Shown piece after piece: positions 46,732 to 54,481 of a DNA stretch of 64,000 bases. The stretch comes from Burkholderiaceae bacterium (GTDB lineage: Bacteria; Pseudomonadota; Gammaproteobacteria; Burkholderiales; Burkholderiaceae_D). The position numbers were made by a program, and so were the translations under genes. Position 1 is the stretch's first letter. Each line of letters begins with the position of its first letter. Location of the stretch: assembly GCA_035995725.1 (NCBI GenBank), contig DASYKE010000069.1, positions 7,665-71,664 on the forward strand, written 5' to 3'. The notes beneath the pieces are model-generated. The model was not told where the DNA came from, did not search any database, and worked only from the letters and a program-made list of their open reading frames with translations.

Positions 46732-47718
46732 ATGACCACAGGCATTGAGATGAGCGAGCCGGGCAAAGAGCAGATGATTTCGCTGGAAGTTCGTCGAAAG
46801 ACCGAAATCGCGCAGCAGATATTTCTGTTTGAACTGATGCGGGCGGACCATCAGGAGCTGCCATCGTTTACCGCCGGGTCCCATCTGCTGGTCCAGACTC
46901 CCGGCGGACTGTTGCGCCGCTATTCGCTGTGCAATGCCCCTTCCGAACGAGACCGCTACATGATTGCCGTGAAGCGGGATGCGGAGGGTGGCGGCGGCTC
47001 GATCAGCATGGTGGATCAGGTAGCCGTCGGCGACCTGTTGCGCGTCTCGCCGCCGCTGAATTATTTTCCTCTGTCCGCCGAAGCCACGAGTTATCTGTTG
47101 ATCGCGGGAGGCATCGGCATCACGCCGGTTCTGTCGATGATGCATGAGCTCATCGCGAAAAAAGCCGATTTCAAGCTGGTTTACTGTACGCGGTCCCCGG
47201 AAACCACCGCGTTCCTCGACGAATTGTCCGCGCCGGAACTGGCTGGGCAGATTCTGGTTCACCACGATCATGGCGACCGGGAGCGTTCCCTCGCGATCGC
47301 GCCGCTGGTGGCGCAGCGGGCCGGCGGCGCGCACGTCTATTGCTGCGGCCCTCGTCCGTTGATGCAGGCGGTACGCGATGCGACCAGGCACTGGCCGTTC
47401 TCTGCAGTGCATTTCGAGGATTTCGGCACCAGCGCGCAGCCGCAGCAGGACGGAGAAAAGCCTTTCACTGTCCGGCTCGCCCGCAGCGGGGTGACCGTCG
47501 AGGTGGCTCCAGGGGTAAGCATTCTCGAAGCTTTGCGCCGCCGTGACATCGCCGTCCCGAGCTCATGCGAAAGCGGCACTTGCGGTTCCTGCCGGACCGG
47601 GCTGCTTGCCGGCGTGGCAAATCATTGCGACTTCGTTCTGGACGACGATGAACAGGATCAGGCCATCATGATCTGCGTGTCGCGTGCACGGTCCGAAGAA
47701 CTCGTGCTGGATCTGTGA
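46732..47718 (+). CDS. PDR/VanB-family oxidoreductase (FMN/NAD-binding plus C-terminal plant-type 2Fe-2S), oxygenase reductase
   Basis: RRYSLC flavin motif, GGIGITP NAD motif, and C-terminal CESGTCGSCRT. The ATG at 46732 has a GGAGGAAGG RBS and gives 328 aa. Confidence 0.85.
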   Translation: MTTGIEMSEPGKEQMISLEVRRKTEIAQQIFLFELMRADHQELPSFTAGSHLLVQTPGGLLRRYSLCNAPSERDRYMIAVKRDAEGGGGSISMVDQVAVGDLLRVSPPLNYFPLSAEATSYLLIAGGIGITPVLSMMHELIAKKADFKLVYCTRSPETTAFLDELSAPELAGQILVHHDHGDRERSLAIAPLVAQRAGGAHVYCCGPRPLMQAVRDATRHWPFSAVHFEDFGTSAQPQQDGEKPFTVRLARSGVTVEVAPGVSILEALRRRDIAVPSSCESGTCGSCRTGLLAGVANHCDFVLDDDEQDQAIMICVSRARSEELVLDL

Positions 47719-47810
47719 CCCGGGCGCAAAAGCCTATTTCAGCAGGAAAATTTCAGCAAGAAACAGTCCCGCGATATCGCGCTCCGGCCATTCGCAAAAG
47801 AAACATGCGC

Positions 47811-49364
47811 CTAGTGCGCGCCTCCCGCATCCGCCGGCGCGCCGGATCTGCTCGGCTTGGTCAGCCAGACCAGCCCGATCAGCGCCAGGAACAGCACTGC
47901 CGATATCCAGAAAATGTCGGCGACCGCCATCGTGCTGGCTTGCACGCTCAAGGTTCGCTCGATCACCGCCCATGCGCCGGATTCGGGCAGACCCTGGGCA
48001 GTAAGTGCCTGCATCGTCTGTACGAAAGCCGGGTTTTGCGGGTTGGTATGCTCGGCCAGTTGCGCATGATGCAGCGCAGTGCGGCTATCCCACAAGGTCG
48101 AGGTGATCGACGTGCCCATTCCGCCGAACATGATGCGCACGAAATTGGACAGCCCCGCCGCCGCCGGTATTTTCTGGGGAGGCTGGCCGGAGAGAATGAT
48201 CGACGTCAGCGGAACGAAGAACATCGCCATCGCTGCGCCCTGGATGACCGTGGGGATTATCAACGTGATTGCATCGACCTCCGGCGTGAATTGCGCCCGC
48301 ATGTAAAATACCAGTGCAAATATGGTGAACGCACCGGTGGCAAGAATGCGCGGGTCCTTTTTTTGTACCAGTTTGCCGACTATCGGCGACAGGATGATGG
48401 CGAAGATTCCGACCGGCGCCATGATCTTGCCGGCTTCGGTGGCGTTATAGCCGAGCTGGGTCTGCAGCCATAACGGCAGAATAACCAGGCTGCCGAAAAA
48501 CAGGCCGTATGCGACCGAAATGGCAATGACGCCGCTGCTGAAATTTCGGCCCTTGAAAAGGGACAGATCGACCACCGGGTGGTCGTCGCCCGATTCCCAG
48601 ACGATGAAGTAGATGAAGCTGACCACAGCGATCGACGCCAGTATGACGATTTCGCCGGAGCTGAACCAGTCCAGTTCCTTGCCTTTGTCCAGCATCAATT
48701 GCAGGGAGCCGACCCAAAGGACCAGCAGGACCAGTCCGACTTTATCGATCGGCAGACGCACGATAGCCGACTCGCGCTCGCGGTAGATCGACCAGGTGGC
48801 CCAAGCGGCAAACAGCCCGATCGGGATATTGATATAAAAAATCCATGGCCACGTGTAATTGTCGGAGATCCAGCCGCCCAGCAACGGTCCCATGATCGGC
48901 GCAACCAGCACCGTCATTCCCCAGAATGCGAGCGCCATGCCGCTTTTGGCAGGCGGATAACTCGATAGCAAAAGCGCCTGCGAAAGCGGGATCATCGGTC
49001 CGGCGACTGCGCCTTGCAGGATGCGCGCGGCGATCAGTATTTCGATACTCGGCGCGATGCCGCATAGAAATGACGCCATCACGAACAGCAGGATGGATGC
49101 GACGAACAGGCGCACCTGGCCGAAGCGCATAGTCAGCCAGCCGGTCAATGGCACCGAGATCGCGTTGGCCACGGCAAACGACGTAATCACCCACGTTCCC
49201 TGCTGCGGCGATACGCCCATGTCGCCGGAGATCGCCGGGATCGACACATTGGCAATCGACGAGTCGAGCACGTTCATGAATACGGCGAGCGACAAGGCCA
49301 GCGTGCCGAGCACCAGTGGCGTGCCTTTGAGCGGCGGCAAGGCCGGTTGGGGACGAGCGCTCAT
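47811..49364 (-). CDS. emrB: DHA2-family (EmrB/QacA) MFS multidrug efflux permease
   Basis: 517-aa 14-TMS-type MFS protein with an N-terminal LDSSIANVSIP motif. Confidence 0.85.
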   Translation of the reverse strand: MSARPQPALPPLKGTPLVLGTLALSLAVFMNVLDSSIANVSIPAISGDMGVSPQQGTWVITSFAVANAISVPLTGWLTMRFGQVRLFVASILLFVMASFLCGIAPSIEILIAARILQGAVAGPMIPLSQALLLSSYPPAKSGMALAFWGMTVLVAPIMGPLLGGWISDNYTWPWIFYINIPIGLFAAWATWSIYRERESAIVRLPIDKVGLVLLVLWVGSLQLMLDKGKELDWFSSGEIVILASIAVVSFIYFIVWESGDDHPVVDLSLFKGRNFSSGVIAISVAYGLFFGSLVILPLWLQTQLGYNATEAGKIMAPVGIFAIILSPIVGKLVQKKDPRILATGAFTIFALVFYMRAQFTPEVDAITLIIPTVIQGAAMAMFFVPLTSIILSGQPPQKIPAAAGLSNFVRIMFGGMGTSITSTLWDSRTALHHAQLAEHTNPQNPAFVQTMQALTAQGLPESGAWAVIERTLSVQASTMAVADIFWISAVLFLALIGLVWLTKPSRSGAPADAGGAH

Positions 49365-49432
49365 GGACAGTTTCCAGTCTGGTGATTTACAAAAATTTGG
49401 ACAAGAGATAGAAGCATCGAATGCATTGCGTC

Positions 49433-50629
49433 TTATTGCCTGGCCGGCGCGGAGCCATTCCCGCTATTGTCGGCAATGATGCGCGCGACAAGCGCATCGG
49501 CTTCCTTTCCCTCGGCATCGAATACCGTGGTCTTGTAAGCCGGCTCCGTGCGCGCCACCGCAGCAGTGGTCAGCGATGTCCCCTCGGCACGCGCGATATC
49601 GACCTTGACCTGCATCGACAAACCGATGCGCAGGGGCTGTGCCGCCAGTTCCTTGGGATCGAGTGCAATGCGCACCGGCAGGCGCTGCACCACCTTGATC
49701 CAGTTGCCGGTGGCATTTTGCGCCGGCAATAGCGCGAACGCGGCACCGGTGCCGGGAGCCAGTCCGGCTACCTTGCCGTGATACACAGTATCGGACCCAT
49801 ACAAGTCGGAATGCAAAATCACCGGCTGGTCGATACGCATCCGCGCAACCTGCACTTCCTTGAAGTTGGCATCGACCCATAACACGTTGAGCGGTACGAT
49901 CGACAGTAGCGGCATCCCGGGTCCCACCCGCTGCCCGACTTGCACCGAGCGCTTGGCGACATATCCGGTGATCGGCGCAGGCAGCGAGGTGCGGACATAC
50001 GTCAGATAAGCGGCTTTCAGCTGCGCGGCCGCACGCTGGACATTCGGATGCTGGGCCACTGAAGTGCGGTCGGTCAATACCTGGTTGGATGCCAATTGTT
50101 CGCGGGTTGCCAGCAGCGCCGATTCCGCAGTCTGCAACGCAGTGCGCGCGTGCTCGATTTCTTCCCTGGACACGGCGCCGGTGCCCGCCAGTTCCTGCCG
50201 GCGCGCCAGATCGGCACGTGCGCGCGCCACATCGGCAATGCGTGCCGCGACGTTGGCATTCAGCGCGCCGTTGTTGACATACAGCGTGCGCACTTCGCGT
50301 ACCGTTTGCGCCAGTTGCGCCTTGGCCTGTTCCAGCGCGATTTTCGCATCGCTGCGGTCGAGTTCGATGATCGGCTTGCCGGCTTGCGCCAGTTCGGTTT
50401 CATCGGCATAGATCGCCACTACGGTTCCTCCCACTTGCGGCGTGACCTGCACCACGTTGCCAGCGACATAGGCATCGTCGGTACTTTCATAGTGGCGCGC
50501 GAAAATCGCCCACCAGATGCCGTATGCGATCAGCGCGAGGACCAGTACGATGGTGACCAGGATCATCATGCGGCGGCGCTTGCCATTGGCCTTGGGAACA
50601 GCTTGAGTAGTTGAATCAGGTGTATTCAT
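49433..50629 (-). CDS. emrA: HlyD-family membrane fusion protein (EmrA-like)
   Basis: N-terminal TM anchor, coiled-coil region and barrel-sandwich motifs. Overlaps the upstream OMF gene by 4 nt. Confidence 0.85.
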   Translation of the reverse strand: MNTPDSTTQAVPKANGKRRRMMILVTIVLVLALIAYGIWWAIFARHYESTDDAYVAGNVVQVTPQVGGTVVAIYADETELAQAGKPIIELDRSDAKIALEQAKAQLAQTVREVRTLYVNNGALNANVAARIADVARARADLARRQELAGTGAVSREEIEHARTALQTAESALLATREQLASNQVLTDRTSVAQHPNVQRAAAQLKAAYLTYVRTSLPAPITGYVAKRSVQVGQRVGPGMPLLSIVPLNVLWVDANFKEVQVARMRIDQPVILHSDLYGSDTVYHGKVAGLAPGTGAAFALLPAQNATGNWIKVVQRLPVRIALDPKELAAQPLRIGLSMQVKVDIARAEGTSLTTAAVARTEPAYKTTVFDAEGKEADALVARIIADNSGNGSAPARQ

Positions 50630-52158
50630 GATGCGGACGGGGCAGGAGTGGGACGATTCGATCGGGTGGAATTGCTGGTGGCGCCGGCAGTTGGTTCGAG
50701 GCCTTGTGCAGCGGCATCGAAGCCGCCGCCCAATGCCTTGATCAGGCCGATGCGCAAATCAATGCGCCGCGCCCGGGAGTCCAGTTCGGCTTTGCGCTGC
50801 ATGAGCCAGGCCATTTCGGTCGCCAGCGCGGGCAGCATGTTGGTGGTGCCGACCCGTTCGCGTTGCTGCGCAAGCTCGAGGCCGTTCGCCGCCGCTTGCG
50901 TGGCGGCGTGCAGATGCTCATTCTGGATTTCGGCGGCACGCATTGACTGCACCTGATCCGCCACTTCATGCAATGCATCGGCCAGGGTCTGGTTATAGGT
51001 TGCGACGGCGGCATCGTAAGCGGCGACCCGGCCTTTCAACTGTGCACGCAAATTGCCCGTCTCAAATACCGGCACGCTGATTGCCGGACCGATGCCGGCG
51101 ATTCGGCTGCCGGTCTGCAACAGATTCGACAGTCCCAAGCTGGAAAAGCCGGCAAACGCGAGGAGATTGACGTTCGGATAAAACTGCGTCCTGGCGGTAT
51201 CGACGTCCCCTTGCGCAGCTTCCACCCGCCAGCGTGCGGCAACGATATCGGGGCGCCGCCCCAGCAAGGTCAGCGGCAGTTCATCCGGCAGCGCGATGAC
51301 GGCTTCCTGCGGCAGCTCGGGCCGGGCAATGCGTTGTCCGCGATCGGGGCCTTGCCCCATCAATGCGGCAATCTGGTTGCGCGTCAGCGCGATCGCTTCC
51401 TGCCATTGCGATTCTTCGGCACGCAAGCCGGCCAGTTGCTGCAGCGTCTGCTGGTGTTCGTTTTGGGTATCTAGGCCGGCGGCAAATCGCAGCTGGGTCA
51501 GATGGTCGATCTTTTGCCGCACGATCAATTGTTGTTGGGCCAGATCCAGCTGTGCATATTGGCGTGCCAACTGGATCCAGGCGCGCGCGATGGAAGTCGT
51601 CAGCACCAGGCGCGACGTATATTGTTCCGCCTCGGCGGCCTTGCCCTGCGACAGTGCGGCACGCAGTTCCGCCGCATGCCTGCCCCAAAAGTCGAAGTCG
51701 TAGAAAAAATTTAGCGTCAGCTGGTTGTCGGACTTGTATGCCCCGGCCAGTGGCGGCGGAAATATTCCATTTTCGGAAAAACGCTGGTAGGTGCTCTTGA
51801 AATTCGCTTCGGCGCTGGGCTGGGCTGCGGCGCCCGCCGCTTCCGCCACGGCCCTTGCTGCGGCGACGCGGGCGGCCGCGACCTGCAATCCGGGATTGCC
51901 CGCCAGCGCTTCGTCGATCAGTGTTTGCAGCGGTGCGCCGCCGATACTTCCGGCCCATGACAGGCCCGGCCATTGCCCGCCTTGCGCGGGAAGCGAATCG
52001 CTTGCCGCATAATCAGCCGGCGTGCGGGCATGGGCGGCACTGTCGATGTCTTTGAAACTGGCGCAGGACGCCAGTAGCAGCGCAGTGGCGCTCGCAGCGA
52101 GGAACCGTTTGGATACAGTCGGCGCGGGCGCCATCAGTCGTGGAGCAGGAAATTTCAT
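50626..52158 (-). CDS. NodT-family efflux outer-membrane lipoprotein
   Basis: Lipobox LLASC and a duplicated OEP repeat architecture. 510 aa. Confidence 0.85.
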   Translation of the reverse strand: MKFPAPRLMAPAPTVSKRFLAASATALLLASCASFKDIDSAAHARTPADYAASDSLPAQGGQWPGLSWAGSIGGAPLQTLIDEALAGNPGLQVAAARVAAARAVAEAAGAAAQPSAEANFKSTYQRFSENGIFPPPLAGAYKSDNQLTLNFFYDFDFWGRHAAELRAALSQGKAAEAEQYTSRLVLTTSIARAWIQLARQYAQLDLAQQQLIVRQKIDHLTQLRFAAGLDTQNEHQQTLQQLAGLRAEESQWQEAIALTRNQIAALMGQGPDRGQRIARPELPQEAVIALPDELPLTLLGRRPDIVAARWRVEAAQGDVDTARTQFYPNVNLLAFAGFSSLGLSNLLQTGSRIAGIGPAISVPVFETGNLRAQLKGRVAAYDAAVATYNQTLADALHEVADQVQSMRAAEIQNEHLHAATQAAANGLELAQQRERVGTTNMLPALATEMAWLMQRKAELDSRARRIDLRIGLIKALGGGFDAAAQGLEPTAGATSNSTRSNRPTPAPSAS

Positions 52159-52209
52159 AAGGCGTGAATGATCGTTTCAGCGGTTTTCGTACCAGGGTAA
52201 ATACGCTGT

Positions 52210-52713
52210 TTAAAGTGGTTTACCGATGGTTTCGGCATCATCGACAGTGGCTTGATTGGCAAGAAGCTTGCGCAACAAACTTCTTAATAAATCCAGCTCT
52301 TCCGTGCTGAATCCGACAAAATTGCGATTGAGCACAGCCACATAAATCGAAGGAAGTCGCTGCGCCAGCCCTTCGCCATCCGATGTCAGGCACAAATTGA
52401 TGACGCGCCGGTCATCGCCTCTTCGCACACGCAAAATCAATCCGCGTTTTTCCAGGCGGTCGATCATCCGTGTCATGGAAGCCGAGTCGATATACAGTTC
52501 GCGCGCCAAGTCGGCCGCGGTCGAATACTTGCCGGTCGATAACATCAACACAATGCTGCCTTGCGCATGGGTAATGCCGTATTCGACAAGGGCCACATCC
52601 AGCGATTTGGCCAGCATGGTCTTGGCACGGCTAAGCAAATAGCCAACGCTATCCTCAACCTTGTAGTGTTCAAGTGAAAACGTTTCTTTCGATGTAATCA
52701 TAATGGCAGCCAT
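52210..52713 (-). CDS. MarR family regulator (EmrR-like)
   Basis: Winged-helix region ADLARELYIDSASMTRMIDRLEKRGLILR...DDRR. It is the first gene of the efflux operon. Confidence 0.8.
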   Translation of the reverse strand: MAAIMITSKETFSLEHYKVEDSVGYLLSRAKTMLAKSLDVALVEYGITHAQGSIVLMLSTGKYSTAADLARELYIDSASMTRMIDRLEKRGLILRVRRGDDRRVINLCLTSDGEGLAQRLPSIYVAVLNRNFVGFSTEELDLLRSLLRKLLANQATVDDAETIGKPL

Positions 52714-52716
52714 GGC

Positions 52717-52738
52717 AATAATTGCCTAGGCAGTTATT
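52717..52738. promoter_or_regulatory. 22-bp near-perfect palindrome aataattgcctaggcagttatt, candidate EmrR-type operator
   Basis: 10 of 11 arm positions are complementary. It sits 4-25 nt upstream of the annotated marR ATG. Confidence 0.4.
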
Positions 52739-53341
52739 TTAACGTACATCAATCTTTTGTGCAGATGTTGCAATGTTCATGGAAAAAGCCGGCTGATCGT
52801 GGATGTATCAGAATGAATGGCGGGCCAACCTGCCGCTCCGAGCCGAGCGAAGACCGCTTCGTGCAGCGCTATAGTGGTATTGACTGCGACAGAAAAATTA
52901 AGATCGCAAGCGGTGCCGAAGCGGTCACGAAGATAAGAAAAATAAATGCTATCGATTTTTTAACTGCAGCATTGCGAACCTCCAGATGCACAACTATGCT
53001 TGGCGCATACGCAGATGCCGTGTTGCATAGTCGACATCGTCGTAGCGGAAAACGCAATATTTGCAGTTAAGCAAGGACTCATAACGCCACTTTATTTCTA
53101 CTTGGCAATACTGTATTCTGAAGTGTGGGGCATGGCGCGGTATGCGTCGAGTCGTATGGGACGAATAAGTACGAGATGGAACTGAATAGCATGTCCTGAT
53201 TCCTGGTTTCCCTGGCAGCGCATCGGGTCTACATCGTCCTCTGCCCATCCGTAAACTTGCGAAGCGCGGCACCAGCGTGTCGCAGGAAAAACGAATGAGT
53301 GGAAGGTCTTGCAGTCGTTCTATCGCTAAATAGGAAACCTC

Positions 53342-54478
53342 ATGCTGACCAAGCAACTTCAACTAAAAAGCCTTGACGAGTTGACTGCTGAACGGCTCGC
53401 TCCCCTGATGGAATTGAAGCCCCAGCTTTTGTTCCTGTTCGCCGCAAGTAAATATTTTCGCGATACGGCGTTGGCCGAACATTTAACGAAGCTGCTGCCG
53501 AATTGCGAGCGCATCGGATGCTCCACTTCGGGCGAAATCACCATGCAAAGCGGGTACGAGGACAGTATTTCGCTCACGGCATTACGTTTCGACGACCCGG
53601 CTTTTACCGTCGTTACAACCGAATTGCAGGATATGGATGATTCGATGGCCGCAGGCCGGAGAATCAGCGCGCAGCTGCGCAACAATCTGCCGCATACGGT
53701 GTTGTTGTTTGCACCGGGCACCGATATAAACGGCAGCCATCTGGTTGAAGGCTTGATTGCCGCGTCGCCGAAAACCAGGATTGCCGGTGGCCTGGCGGGT
53801 GACGGTCTCGATTTCAAGAGTACCTTCACGCTCTACAACAACAGAGTCTCGCCCCGCCAGATAGTGGCCGTGGCTTTCATGGGTAAGAATATCGTTGCCA
53901 ACTTCGGTTCCTATGGCGGATGGCGACCATTCGGCCCCGTGCGCCGTGTAACGCGTGCTGCAAATAATGTTCTCTTTGAACTTGATGGCGAACCTGCACT
54001 GGACGTGTACAAGCGGTATCTGGGTAAATACGCCAGCCAGCTTCCTGCGTCGGCTTTCCTGTTTCCATTCTCTATTCTCAATGCTGATCGACAGGAAGCA
54101 GGCCTGATTCGCACTATTCTCAAGATCAATGAGTCGGATGGTTCGTTAACCCTCGCCGGCAACGTGCACGATAATGGCTTTTTGCAATTGATGAATGCCA
54201 GTACCGACGCGCTGGTTAACGGCGCCGCGACATCCGCCGTCGCCGCGCATGCCGCCATCAAGGGACAGGGATTCGGCCTGATGATCAGTTGTGTCGGACG
54301 CAAGCTTGTCATGGGTGGTCGTACCGAAGAGGAGCTGGAGGCGGTGATCGACGAACTCGGCAGCAATCATGCCTATGCCGGTTTCTACTCGTATGGCGAA
54401 ATCAGCCCGGGCAACGCCGACGTCGGATGTTCTCTTTATAACCAGACCATGGCTGTCACTTTTCTTGGTGAAAAGTAA
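53342..54478 (+). CDS. FIST (FIST_N plus FIST_C) sensory domain protein
   Basis: 378-aa ORF with FIST-like layout. The C-terminal YSYGEISP and the NQTMAVTFLGE ending are typical of FIST_C. Confidence 0.7.
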   Translation: MLTKQLQLKSLDELTAERLAPLMELKPQLLFLFAASKYFRDTALAEHLTKLLPNCERIGCSTSGEITMQSGYEDSISLTALRFDDPAFTVVTTELQDMDDSMAAGRRISAQLRNNLPHTVLLFAPGTDINGSHLVEGLIAASPKTRIAGGLAGDGLDFKSTFTLYNNRVSPRQIVAVAFMGKNIVANFGSYGGWRPFGPVRRVTRAANNVLFELDGEPALDVYKRYLGKYASQLPASAFLFPFSILNADRQEAGLIRTILKINESDGSLTLAGNVHDNGFLQLMNASTDALVNGAATSAVAAHAAIKGQGFGLMISCVGRKLVMGGRTEEELEAVIDELGSNHAYAGFYSYGEISPGNADVGCSLYNQTMAVTFLGEK

Positions 54479-54481
54479 ATC

